NCBI GenBank assembly: GCA_031409655.1
Contig: JANNXQ010000105.1
Location: 1 to 64,000 of the forward strand
From: Chthoniobacteraceae bacterium
GTDB taxonomy: Bacteria; Verrucomicrobiota; Verrucomicrobiia; Chthoniobacterales; Chthoniobacteraceae
Direction of reading: 5' to 3'
DNA length: 64,000 nucleotides
Both the position numbers and the translations under genes were made by a program. The notes beneath the pieces are model-generated. The model saw only the letters and a program-made list of their open reading frames with translations, did not search any database and was not told the origin of the DNA. Shown piece after piece: positions 1 to 8,954 of this stretch (position 1 is the first letter of the stretch; every line of letters begins with the position of its first letter).

Positions 1-103
1 TGAACCAACGGTTGTAGGCGTCGGTTGTGAGTGCGGCTTTAAGGTTCGCGGCGATTTCGTTCCAGATCGCTGGGAGGTCTTCGTGAGGCAGGGCGTTATC
101 CAC
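1..103 (-). CDS. dnaA: Chromosomal replication initiator DnaA, N-terminal fragment (runs off window edge)
   Basis: Manual translation from GTG at 103 gives (M)DNALPHEDLPAIWNEIAANLKAALTTDAYNRWF, matching the DnaA domain I pattern W..i...L.......yn.WF. DnaA boxes are adjacent. Confidence 0.8.
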   Translation of the reverse strand, partial: MDNALPHEDLPAIWNEIAANLKAALTTDAYNRWF

Positions 104-104
104 A
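96..104 (+). promoter_or_regulatory. DnaA box (perfect TTATCCACA)
   Basis: Exact consensus match, overlapping the putative dnaA GTG start. Confidence 0.8.
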
Positions 105-540
105 GTTATTGAGGGGTGTCCGGGGCAGGAGAAAAGGCCGCTAATCAGCGGCCGAGTGAGAAAGAAAATATCAGGCGATCGGCCTGCGAAACGCACCACG
201 CCTTCGCAAGGAAGGGATGCAAACCACAGAAAATCAGCATATTACGAGTCGCAATACCGTGGAACACCGATGGCTGCTGAGTTACAGACGCATGACGTCC
301 TTGGAACCCGCAGGACAGCGAGTTCTTTTCGTGGAGGACGTTATTATGGAGTCTGTTCACAAGTTATTCACAGCGGTCTTTGCTTCTCTCTGCCGTGCGG
401 CTGGAGGCTATTTTTCGGGGAAATTTCGGACAAGGAAATTCCTGCCGCGCGACCCACATTTATTTCCATCCGAGCGGTGATTTGTTTTGACCACTCGCGA
501 GACCAAGCGTGCGGGCGGCTCCGCGGCGCACGCGCCTTTT
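104..540. other. Candidate replication origin / dnaA upstream region
   Basis: About 440 bp non-coding, visibly less GC-rich than the flanks, upstream of dnaA, with DnaA boxes. Confidence 0.55.
353..372 (+). promoter_or_regulatory. Tandem DnaA boxes (CTGTTCACA degenerate, TTATTCACA consensus)
   Basis: TTATTCACA at 364-372 fits TTWTNCACA; a 2-mismatch copy lies at 353-361. Confidence 0.65.
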
Positions 541-2151
541 CTACGACAGAGTGGCCTCGTGCTGGCGGGCCGATTCCAACCGCGTGGCAGGGGTGCGGAA
601 GCACAGCGCGACGAGCACGGTGACGAGCGTGCCGAGGGTGATGCGCCACGGGAAAGCGAGGACGAAGCCGGGCGTGGTGCCCGGTGCGCCAAAGAGTTTC
701 ACGTGCACGCCGCTCGCCCAGAGCACGGCGAGGATGCCGGCGAAGATGGCGAGGAAATTTCCAAAATCATTGCCCCGCGTGCGCGTGAACAGACCGACGA
801 GGAAGAGCCCGAGCAGCGAGCCGAAAGTGAACCCGAGGATGCCGAGGACCAGCGGGATGATCCGCGCGCCGGGATTGTGCGCCATGTACCAGGCGGTCAC
901 GACGCCGACGACGATGATGAGCGCGGAGAAAAGGACGGTGCTCCAGCGCAGCACGCGCACCCGGCGGGCTTCGTCCACGCCAGTGGCGTCGCGCTCCATG
1001 CCGGGCAGGACGAAGTCGCGCGCGAAGCTCGTGGCGAGGGCGTTCAGCGCGGTGCTGAGCGAGCCCATCGCCGTGGCGAGGATGCCCGCGGTGACGAGCC
1101 CGCGCAGGCCTGCGGGCATCTGGTGGAGGATGAAATAGGGGAAGACTTCGCGGTCTTCGGTGGGCAGACCGGCCACGGGATTGGCGCTGTAGAAAATGTG
1201 GAGCAGCAGACCGATGAAGATGAAGGCGGCGACGATCGGCACATCCACGATGCCGGAGAGGATTGTGGCAAAGGCGCTTTGCCGCCGGTTCTTCGCCGTG
1301 AGCATGCGCTGGACGGTGTCCTGATCGATGCCGTGCGTGGCCATGGTCACAAAGGTGGAGGCGATGATCGCGGCGTAGATCGTGTACTCGAGGGAGAGCA
1401 TCCGCACCAGCCAGGCTCCGGTGCCCTCGCCGGGCAGGGCCGGCACGAAGTCGAAGAAGACGGGCTGCTGAATGTGCGCGGCGACGGTGGTCCAGCCGCC
1501 GTCGATCTTCCCGAGGAGGAAAGGGATGGTGAAAGCGAGCGACGCGACGAGCACGCCGACTTGGATGAAGTCCGTCCAGATGACGGCTTTGATGCCGCCG
1601 ACGGTGGTGTAGAGCGCGGTGAGCAGACTCACGAGCACCAGCGCGCCGGCAAAGAGCGCAAACTTTTCCCCCGCCTCCACGGGCTGCCCGCGCCAGAGCT
1701 CGACGGCGAGCACGACGATGATCGCCGAGACGTAGAGCCGCGTGCCCATGGCGAGCACGCGCGTGACGAGGAAGGTCGCCGAGGCGAGCAGCCGCGTCGG
1801 CCGGCCGAAGCGCGTCTCGAGGAATTCGTAAATCGAGATGACGCCGTGCCGATAATAAAGCGGGATGAAGACGGCGCTGACGAAGATGCGCGCGATGATC
1901 GTGCCGATGGCGAGCTGCGCGTAGGTCCAGTTGCGGTTCGCGTAGCCTTCGCCTGGCGCGCCGAGGAAAGTGGCGGCACTGATCTCCGCGGCGATGATCG
2001 ACGCGAGCACCGCCCACCAGGCGATCTGCCGGTCGCCGAGCGCGAAGCCTTCGATGCTCCCGCTCTTTGAGCGCTGCGACAGTCCCACGCCGATGATCGC
2101 GCCGAAGTAGGCGAGCAGCACCAGCACATCGATCCAGAGCCGGTCGGTCAT
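541..2151 (-). CDS. Sodium:solute symporter (SSS) family transporter
   Basis: Multiple TM helices; SIIAAEISAATFLGAPG, GGIKAVIWTDFIQ, DQDTVQRML, AMGSLSTALNALA. Confidence 0.9.
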   Translation of the reverse strand: MTDRLWIDVLVLLAYFGAIIGVGLSQRSKSGSIEGFALGDRQIAWWAVLASIIAAEISAATFLGAPGEGYANRNWTYAQLAIGTIIARIFVSAVFIPLYYRHGVISIYEFLETRFGRPTRLLASATFLVTRVLAMGTRLYVSAIIVVLAVELWRGQPVEAGEKFALFAGALVLVSLLTALYTTVGGIKAVIWTDFIQVGVLVASLAFTIPFLLGKIDGGWTTVAAHIQQPVFFDFVPALPGEGTGAWLVRMLSLEYTIYAAIIASTFVTMATHGIDQDTVQRMLTAKNRRQSAFATILSGIVDVPIVAAFIFIGLLLHIFYSANPVAGLPTEDREVFPYFILHQMPAGLRGLVTAGILATAMGSLSTALNALATSFARDFVLPGMERDATGVDEARRVRVLRWSTVLFSALIIVVGVVTAWYMAHNPGARIIPLVLGILGFTFGSLLGLFLVGLFTRTRGNDFGNFLAIFAGILAVLWASGVHVKLFGAPGTTPGFVLAFPWRITLGTLVTVLVALCFRTPATRLESARQHEATLS

Positions 2152-2161
2152 GGGAAAAGTC

Positions 2162-2300
2162 GAAATCCGAAACTCGAAATCCGCAACAAATTGGACGTGG
2201 TTGAAATTTGGAAAACGGCGTGTTTGCGCGCCCGTTCGGCTATCTGATTTCTGTTCATGGGAATTTGTTTTGAGCTGCGGGTTTCGAGATTCGGATTTTC
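2162..2300. repeat. Imperfect inverted repeat built of CGAAATC-like heptamers
   Basis: GAAATCCGAAACTCGAAATCCGCA ... TGCGGGTTTCGAGATTCGGATTTT. Confidence 0.75.
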
Positions 2301-2301
2301 C

Positions 2302-3612
2302 TCACTGCCGCGCGGCCTCCGTCGTCGCGGCGGGCGCGACTTGCTTGATCATCACCTTCGAGTTCCGGGCGCTGGCGTCGTATTTCTTCCGGCGTTCGGG
2401 AGGAAGATCATCGGGCGTGCCTTCCGCGTAGCTGCCCTTTTGCTGGAAGAAATTAAACGTCCGCGCCGAGAGCGCGAAGAGGCGCTTCACGCCTTTCTCG
2501 GCGGCGAGTTGCTCGGCGAAGGCGACCAGCTTTCGCCCGTGCCCCTGGCCCTCGTGCGCCTTGGCCACGTAGAGGCAGGCGAGTTCGGCCATGCCTTGCT
2601 CGGGATGCAGATGCAGGGCGACACAGCCCACGAGGTTCCGGTCGATCTCCATCACCCAGTAGTCCTCGAGATGCGCGAGCACGTCGGCGCGGGTGCGCTT
2701 CACGAGTTCCTCGTCTTCGATAGATTGCCGGATGAGCGACATCACCGCGCGCACGTCCTTCTTAAAGACACGCCGGATCTGCTGATACTCGTTCGAGTAA
2801 ATCATCGTGCCGATGCCTTCGGTGCTGAAGACCTCGGTGAGCAGCGCCTCGTCGAGCCGGCCATCCAGCAGATGCACGCGCGGCACACCCTGGCGGCAGG
2901 CGCGCGCGGCGTGCTCGATTTTCGAAAGCAGCCGCGCCGGCACGGCGATCTTGCGCTTTTTCACGATGTCCTCCGCCTCCGCGATCGAGAGCTGCCGCGC
3001 GATGTCGCCGCCAAAGGTGAAGCCGTCCGTGGCGGTGAGGAAAAGGATCTTCATCGCCTGCATCGCCTCGGCGACTTCGAGGGCGATGCCGTCGGAATTC
3101 ACGCGGAAGGTGCGCCCTTCGCCGTCAAAGCCCATCGGCGGGATCACCGGGATGATGCCTTCGCTGAGGAAAAGATTCAGCGCCTTCGTATCCACGCGCT
3201 CGACGCGTCCGGTGTGTTGGAAGTCGATCCCACCGACGATGCCGGCCGGATGCGCGACGATCGCATTGGAATACGCGGCGCGCAGATCCACGGAGGTGAG
3301 CCCCTGCATGATCTCGTTCACCACATTCGTCGAGGCCTCGATGCTGATCTTCAAGGTCGCATCATCGACGACGCCGGTGCCGTCGGAGTTGGAAAGGGTG
3401 ACGCCGCGTTCTTCGGCGATCTGGCGGATCTGGGCGCTGGCGCCGTGGACGAGGATGACCTTGATGCTCAGCGAACGCAGCACCGCGAGATCGAGCAGGA
3501 TGTTGGGAAAGTTCGGTGAGGCGAGCACGTCACCGTCGATCGCGACCACGAAGATTTTTTCCCGGAATCGAGGGACGTACTGGAGGATGCCGCGCAGGTC
3601 GGAAACTTTCAT
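2302..3612 (-). CDS. argA: Amino-acid N-acetyltransferase (N-acetylglutamate synthase), AAK + GNAT
   Basis: YVPRFREKIFVVAIDG, LVHGA, EVFSTEGIGT, C-terminal GNAT (ELACLYV...GQGHG), RNSKV. Confidence 0.9.
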   Translation of the reverse strand: MKVSDLRGILQYVPRFREKIFVVAIDGDVLASPNFPNILLDLAVLRSLSIKVILVHGASAQIRQIAEERGVTLSNSDGTGVVDDATLKISIEASTNVVNEIMQGLTSVDLRAAYSNAIVAHPAGIVGGIDFQHTGRVERVDTKALNLFLSEGIIPVIPPMGFDGEGRTFRVNSDGIALEVAEAMQAMKILFLTATDGFTFGGDIARQLSIAEAEDIVKKRKIAVPARLLSKIEHAARACRQGVPRVHLLDGRLDEALLTEVFSTEGIGTMIYSNEYQQIRRVFKKDVRAVMSLIRQSIEDEELVKRTRADVLAHLEDYWVMEIDRNLVGCVALHLHPEQGMAELACLYVAKAHEGQGHGRKLVAFAEQLAAEKGVKRLFALSARTFNFFQQKGSYAEGTPDDLPPERRKKYDASARNSKVMIKQVAPAATTEAARQ

Positions 3613-3672
3613 CAAGGGCTGTCTGGGTGACTGAAATGAAAACGCCCGGTGCGGGCAATGCGGAATTGCACT

Positions 3673-3792
3673 CGGGAGCGCCGCCGTCCCGTGCGGCATC
3701 GTTCACTCGCGCGCAGCGCCCAATAAATTCCTTGAGGAAGTTTGGCGCTTCGCGCGCAAGCGACGTTGCCGCACGTGACGGCGGCGCTCCCG
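3673..3792. repeat. REP/REPIN-like palindromic element, family A copy 1
   Basis: GGGAGCGCCGCCGTCCCGTGCGGCA ... TGCCGCACGTGACGGCGGCGCTCCC, with inner arms GCGCGCAGCGCC/GGCGCTTCGCGC. Confidence 0.85.
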
Positions 3793-3840
3793 GGGAAATC
3801 GCTCCTCGACGGCGGCGCGGCGCGTTTTTCATCCTGCGCC

Positions 3841-4971
3841 ATGTCCGTGCCCCTGCTCGATCTGAAGCTCCAATACGCGCCGCTCAAGGCGGAAATCCTC
3901 GCGGCGATGGAGGAAGTCGCGGATTCGCAGACGCTGGTGCTCGGGCCGAAGACGGAGGCGTTCGAGCAGGCCGTCGCGACTTACTGCGGCTCGCCTCACG
4001 CCATCGGCGTTTCCTCCGGGACGGATGCCGAGCTGCTGCTGCTCATGGCACTGGGGATCGGGCCCGGCGATGTCGTGCTCACCACGCCGTACACCTTCTT
4101 CGCCACGGCGGCCTGCGTGGTGCGGCTCGGGGCGCGGCCGGTCTTCGTGGATATCGACCCGGCGACTTACAACATCGACCCCGCGAAACTCGCCGAGGCG
4201 CTGAACCAGACGGCGAACGTGAAAGCGATCGTGCCCGTGCATCTTTACGGACAATGCGCGGATCTCGCGGCGATCACGGAGCTCGGTCGGACGCACGGCG
4301 TGCCGGTGCTCGAAGACGCCGCGCAGGCACTCGGCGCGCGGCATCCGCTCGGCGCGGCGGGCGCGGTCGGTGAGGCCGGATGGTTCTCCTTTTACCCGAC
4401 GAAAAATCTCGGCGCCTTCGGCGACGCCGGCATGGTCGTGTGCCAGGACGACGCGTTGGCGGCGAAGATGCGCGCGCTGCGCAATCACGGCATGGAGCCG
4501 CGCTACTACCACAAATGGATCGGTGGAAACTTCCGCATCGACGCGATCCAGTCGGCGATCCTCAGCGTGAAATTTCCGCACCTGGACGCCTGGGGCGCCG
4601 GACGCCGCGCGCGCGCGGATTTCTATCGGCGGGAATTTTCACGCCTTGGCCTCACTGACCGCATCGGCCTGCCCACCGAAGCCTTCGCCACGAGCGGCGT
4701 GACCAATCACCACATCTACAACCAGTTCATCATCCGCACGCCGCAGCGCGACGCCCTGCGCGCGCATCTCACCGCCGCGGGCATCGGCTCCGAGATTTAC
4801 TATCCGCTGCCGCTGCATCTCCAGGAGTGCTTCCGCGATCTCGGCTACAAGGTGGGCGACTTCCCCGAATCCGAACGCGCCGCACGGGAGACCTTGGCGC
4901 TGCCCATTTTCCCGGAGCTCACCGAAGACCAGCAGCGCGAGGTGGTGCGCGAGATCGCTGCGGCTGTTTAG
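3841..4971 (+). CDS. DegT/DnrJ/EryC1/StrS family PLP-dependent sugar aminotransferase
   Basis: SSGTDA, PVHLYGQ, EDAAQA, SFYPTKNLGAFGDAG. Confidence 0.93.
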   Translation: MSVPLLDLKLQYAPLKAEILAAMEEVADSQTLVLGPKTEAFEQAVATYCGSPHAIGVSSGTDAELLLLMALGIGPGDVVLTTPYTFFATAACVVRLGARPVFVDIDPATYNIDPAKLAEALNQTANVKAIVPVHLYGQCADLAAITELGRTHGVPVLEDAAQALGARHPLGAAGAVGEAGWFSFYPTKNLGAFGDAGMVVCQDDALAAKMRALRNHGMEPRYYHKWIGGNFRIDAIQSAILSVKFPHLDAWGAGRRARADFYRREFSRLGLTDRIGLPTEAFATSGVTNHHIYNQFIIRTPQRDALRAHLTAAGIGSEIYYPLPLHLQECFRDLGYKVGDFPESERAARETLALPIFPELTEDQQREVVREIAAAV

Positions 4972-4989
4972 CGGAGAAAAGCGCCACCT

Positions 4990-5128
4990 GGGAGCGCCGC
5001 CGTCCCGTGCGGCATCCTCCATCCGCGCGCAGCGCAAAACACCCACGAAGCTGCGGAACTGGAAACGGGCCGAAGAGGAATGGCGCTGCGCGCGAAACAA
5101 GGATGCCGCACGGGACGGCGGCGCTCCC
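4990..5128. repeat. REP/REPIN-like palindromic element, family A copy 2
   Basis: Perfect outer arms GGGAGCGCCGCCGTCCCGTGCGGCATCC / GGATGCCGCACGGGACGGCGGCGCTCCC. Confidence 0.88.
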
Positions 5129-5134
5129 GGGGCG

Positions 5135-6010
5135 CTACGGGACGATCTCCGTGCCGATGCCGCGGTTCGTGAAGATCTCGACGAGCAGCGAATGCGGCGT
5201 GCGGCCGTCGATGAAGTGGACCTTCTTCACCCCGGCCTCAATCGCGTGGATCGCACTCTCGACCTTCGGGATCATCCCGCCGGCGATCACTTGATCTTCG
5301 AGCAAGTTCGCGATTTCCGCGCGGTTCACGGTCGGGATGAGCGACTCCTTGTCGGTCGGATCGCGCATGATGCCGGGCACGTCGGAGAGGTAGATCATCT
5401 TCACCGCCTGCAGCCGGCCAGCGATGGTACCGGCGGCGATGTCGGCGTTGATGTTGAGCACCACGCCTTCCACGGTGCGGGCCAGTGGCGAGATCACGGG
5501 GACGGCTTCCGCGTGTACGGCGTCATGGATCGGCTCGAGCCGCACGTCCACGACTTCGCCGACGAAGCCGAGGTCGATCTCCGTGCTCTTGCCCTCGGTC
5601 TGCGGGGGCAGCTTGCGCCCGACGAGCACGTCCTGGCCATGGATGCCGATGGCCTTGCCCCCGAAGCTGTTCAGCAGTTTGACGATCCCGGGGTTGATCT
5701 CGTTATCGAGCACCTCCTCCACGATGCGGATGGATTGTTCGTCCGTGACCCGCAGCCCATTGACGAAGCGTGCCTTCAGTCCCGCTTCGCGCATCTTCTG
5801 GGTGATCGCCTTGCCGCCGCCGTGGATGAGCACGGGATTGATGCCGACCGCTTCGAGGAAAACCACATCGCGGAGAAACCGCTCGATGACATTTTCATCC
5901 TCCATCGCGCTGCCGCCATATTTGATGACAAAGAGCTGGCCGCGGAAGCGCTGGATGTAAGGCAGCGCCTCGATCAGAGCTTCGGCGCGATCTTCAGGGG
6001 ACTTGGGCAT
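5135..6010 (-). CDS. argB: Acetylglutamate kinase
   Basis: EALPYIQRF, VIKYGGSAM, HGGG, GLRVTD, NINAD, GGMIPK. Confidence 0.95.
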   Translation of the reverse strand: MPKSPEDRAEALIEALPYIQRFRGQLFVIKYGGSAMEDENVIERFLRDVVFLEAVGINPVLIHGGGKAITQKMREAGLKARFVNGLRVTDEQSIRIVEEVLDNEINPGIVKLLNSFGGKAIGIHGQDVLVGRKLPPQTEGKSTEIDLGFVGEVVDVRLEPIHDAVHAEAVPVISPLARTVEGVVLNINADIAAGTIAGRLQAVKMIYLSDVPGIMRDPTDKESLIPTVNRAEIANLLEDQVIAGGMIPKVESAIHAIEAGVKKVHFIDGRTPHSLLVEIFTNRGIGTEIVP

Positions 6011-6018
6011 GGCGGAAA

Positions 6019-6100
6019 GGATGAAGGATGAAGGATGAAGGATGAAAGCCTCGTTTCGCCGCAGCACCTCACTTCATCCCTCATCCTTCATCCTTCATCC
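6019..6100. repeat. Inverted heptamer tandem repeat (GGATGAA)4 ... (TTCATCC)4
   Basis: Four units at 6019-6046 and four complementary units at 6073-6100 (one mismatch). Confidence 0.9.
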
Positions 6101-6106
6101 CTTTCT

Positions 6107-7318
6107 TCACTCGCCCATGTTCAGCTTTACGTACTCCGTGCTCAGATCCGTGGTGAAGACGGAGTATTCGGCGGTGCCGACGTGGAGTTCGATGGTCACG
6201 ACGAATTTTTTCTGCGCGACGATCTCGTGCAGTTTGGCCGTGGGGGTGCGGCTGGCGATGCCGCCTTTCACCGCGCTCACGCCGTCGTAGAAAATGTCGG
6301 TTAGCTCCTCCCGCATGCGCGCGCCGGAATAGCCGATGGCGTCCATGATGCGGCCCCAGTTCGGATCGCCTCCGAACCACGCGCACTTCGTTAGTGTCGA
6401 ATTTCCCACCGCCTCTGCCACCCGCCGCGCATCGCTCAGCGAAGCCGCGCCTTTGACGTGGACTTCCACAAATTTCGTCACGCCTTCGCCGTCCTCGACG
6501 ATCAGCCGCGCGAGCGTCCGCGTCACATGGTCGAGCGCCTTTTGGAAAAGCTTGAAGGCGGCGCTGCCGTGGCGCAGCGCGGCGTGCTCGGCAAGGCCAT
6601 TGGCCAGCATCAGCACGGTGTCATTGGTGCTCATGTCGCCGTCGATGGTGATGCGGTTGAAGCTCTGCTCGACGGAGACGCTCAGCGCCTTCTGGAGCTG
6701 TTCTTTGCCGATCACGGCATCCGTCGTCAGGAAGCAGAGCATCGTGGCCATGTTCGGATCGATCATCCCCGCGCCCTTCGCGATGCCGCCGATGCGCACC
6801 GTTTTGCCATCGATCTCAAACTCCACCGCGACCTCCTTCGGAAAGGTGTCGCTGGTCATGATGGCCTTCGCGGCGCGCAGGCTGCCGTCGCCTTTTAAGG
6901 CACTGGGCAGTTCCGCGATCGTCGCCTCCATTTTCTCGATCGGCAGCGCGACGCCGATGCGGCCCGTGGAGCAGACCAGCACCTGTCGCCCCTTGAGCCC
7001 GAGCGCTGCGCCCGTCGCTTCCGTCAGGCGTTTGGCGTTCTCGATGCCGTGGATTCCGGTGCAGGCGTTGGCATTGCCCGCATTCGCGAGGATGGCGCGG
7101 ATGTCGGCGGTGCGCAGATGGGTCATGGAGACGCGGACCGGCGCGGCTTTGACGCGATTCGTGGTGAAGGTGCCCGCCGCCACGGTCGGCTGCGGAGAAT
7201 GGATGAGCGCGATGTCGGGCTTGTTGGCGTTGGTGGCCTTGATGCCGCAGTAGGCGCTGCCAGCGAGGAAGCCGCAGGGCGCGGTGATGCCGCCGGGGAT
7301 TTCGGTGAAGGAGGACAT
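6107..7318 (-). CDS. argJ: Ornithine acetyltransferase ArgJ
   Basis: FTTNRVKAAP, NAGNANACTG, IMTSDT, KGAGMIDPNMATML, DGEG, DPNWGRI. Confidence 0.95.
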   Translation of the reverse strand: MSSFTEIPGGITAPCGFLAGSAYCGIKATNANKPDIALIHSPQPTVAAGTFTTNRVKAAPVRVSMTHLRTADIRAILANAGNANACTGIHGIENAKRLTEATGAALGLKGRQVLVCSTGRIGVALPIEKMEATIAELPSALKGDGSLRAAKAIMTSDTFPKEVAVEFEIDGKTVRIGGIAKGAGMIDPNMATMLCFLTTDAVIGKEQLQKALSVSVEQSFNRITIDGDMSTNDTVLMLANGLAEHAALRHGSAAFKLFQKALDHVTRTLARLIVEDGEGVTKFVEVHVKGAASLSDARRVAEAVGNSTLTKCAWFGGDPNWGRIMDAIGYSGARMREELTDIFYDGVSAVKGGIASRTPTAKLHEIVAQKKFVVTIELHVGTAEYSVFTTDLSTEYVKLNMGE

Positions 7319-7545
7319 GAAAACGGATCGGTTGCCGCGGGGCGGAAGCCCTTCTCCAGGATGGAAGCGGGGAGTCGCGATTTCATGCGGAGCACTGCGC
7401 GCGGTCACGAAAAAAATCCTCCGCGGGGAGGATTCTCTGACCGTGGATGGCACGGCCCCATGCCGCTCGCACGCTCGGAGGATTTTCGCCGGCCGGCCGC
7501 GCCCCGGTTTGCAAACCTGCCCTGAGTGCCGCAGTCTCCGCGCGC

Positions 7546-8841
7546 ATGTTCCGACTCCCCCTGCTGCCCATCCTCCTCGCGATGCTGCTCGCTGCGTGGC
7601 CGAGCCAGGCCGCTCCCGAGGCGCTCGATCCCGTACTGCAAATTGACGGAGTGTGGGCCCTGAAGCAGGACGATTTTCAAACCGCCACGCGCGGCCTGCC
7701 TTTTCGCTGGAACTCGACGGCCCGCGATTCCGCCCGCGCCAGTGGCAAGGAGCTGACTCTCCTCGGCCTGCCGCTCGTCGAGTTGGTGGCGCGTTTCGCG
7801 AATGAAAAGGTGACGCAAATGACGGCGGTCATTTACGCCCGGGGCGATACCGGTGAAATCCAGCGAGAGGCCTTTGAGGCGCTGCTGCGGCAGTCCATCG
7901 GCGCGCTCGATACCTTCACGAAGGTGAAGTTCACCGCGCGCGGGAAGGATGCGACGAGCGCGGTGAAAGCGGATGGCGTGTATTGGAAGACGCCCCGGGC
8001 GCACTACCTCCTCGAGTACAGCTTCACCAAGGAAGTGAAGTCGCGTGCCGTGCCCTTCCGGGCGGAATTCATCCGGCTCGAAATTTCGCCGCCGCAAAAC
8101 ACGACCAGCCTCCTGACCACCGCCACGAATTCTCCGAAGATCAAGTTCTCCGGGGGGCTGCGCGTGAAGCGGGATCTGGAGAAGGGCGACGTCTGGATCA
8201 CGGGTGTGCCGATGGTGGATCAGGGGGAGAAAGGCTACTGCGTAGTGGCGAGCGCGGAGCGGGTGCTGCGCTTTTACGGCAGCGAAGTGGACCAGAATGA
8301 ACTCGCGCAAATCGCCAATACAGGCGACCGCGGAACGAGCCCGAGCGCGATGGCTGAGGCGCTGAAGAAGCTCTCGCAACGGCTGCGGATCCGCGTGCGC
8401 GACTTGGAAAAGGCCGAGGTCCGCGATTATCTGAAGCTGCAGACGGACTACAATCGCGCCGCAAAAAAAGCGAACGCTCCGGTCATTCCCGACATGGGCA
8501 ATGCCATCGATCTGGGGCTGATGTATCAGACGATGAAGGCCAACGTGCTGCGCGAGGTGCGCACCCGGAACCGGGCGGATGTCGGCCGCTTTCAGCGCGA
8601 GGTGCAGGATGAGATCGACAAAGGCGTGCCGCTGCTCTGGTCCGTGCAGCTCGGCCTTTTCCCCGAGCCCGGCGTGCCGCAAAGCGGCGGTGGTCACATG
8701 CGCCTGATCATCGGCTACAACGCGAAGACGCAGGAGCTCCTCTTCTCAGATTCGTGGGGTGCAGGGCATGAGCTGAAGCGGATGCCGATCGACGTCGCGT
8801 GGACGATCACCACCGGACTGCTGACGATCGAACCGCTCTGA
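7546..8841 (+). CDS. Secreted protein with C-terminal peptidase C39-like cysteine protease domain
   Basis: Signal peptide; VPMVDQGEKGYC, GHMRLIIGYN, DSWG (Cys-His-Asp triad). Confidence 0.75.
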   Translation: MFRLPLLPILLAMLLAAWPSQAAPEALDPVLQIDGVWALKQDDFQTATRGLPFRWNSTARDSARASGKELTLLGLPLVELVARFANEKVTQMTAVIYARGDTGEIQREAFEALLRQSIGALDTFTKVKFTARGKDATSAVKADGVYWKTPRAHYLLEYSFTKEVKSRAVPFRAEFIRLEISPPQNTTSLLTTATNSPKIKFSGGLRVKRDLEKGDVWITGVPMVDQGEKGYCVVASAERVLRFYGSEVDQNELAQIANTGDRGTSPSAMAEALKKLSQRLRIRVRDLEKAEVRDYLKLQTDYNRAAKKANAPVIPDMGNAIDLGLMYQTMKANVLREVRTRNRADVGRFQREVQDEIDKGVPLLWSVQLGLFPEPGVPQSGGGHMRLIIGYNAKTQELLFSDSWGAGHELKRMPIDVAWTITTGLLTIEPL

Positions 8842-8954
8842 CCTGGGAGCGTTGCCGTCCGCGTGCGGCATCGTCTTCATGCGCGCAGCGCCATTCTCTT
8901 GTGGCGCTGCGCGCGTTTCGCACGATGCCGCACGGGACGGCGGCGCTCCCAGGT
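8841..8954. repeat. REP/REPIN-like palindromic element, family A copy 3
   Basis: ACCTGGGAGCGTTGCCGTCCGCGTGCGGCATCG ... CGATGCCGCACGGGACGGCGGCGCTCCCAGGT; fills the gap between convergent genes. Confidence 0.88.

Noticed and set aside
145..692. Short ORFs in the dnaA upstream region
   Set aside because: No recognisable motifs, mutually overlapping; better explained as origin/promoter DNA.
6019..6100. Possible CRISPR array (also 56074-56170)
   Set aside because: 7-bp tandem units without unique spacers; no cas genes.
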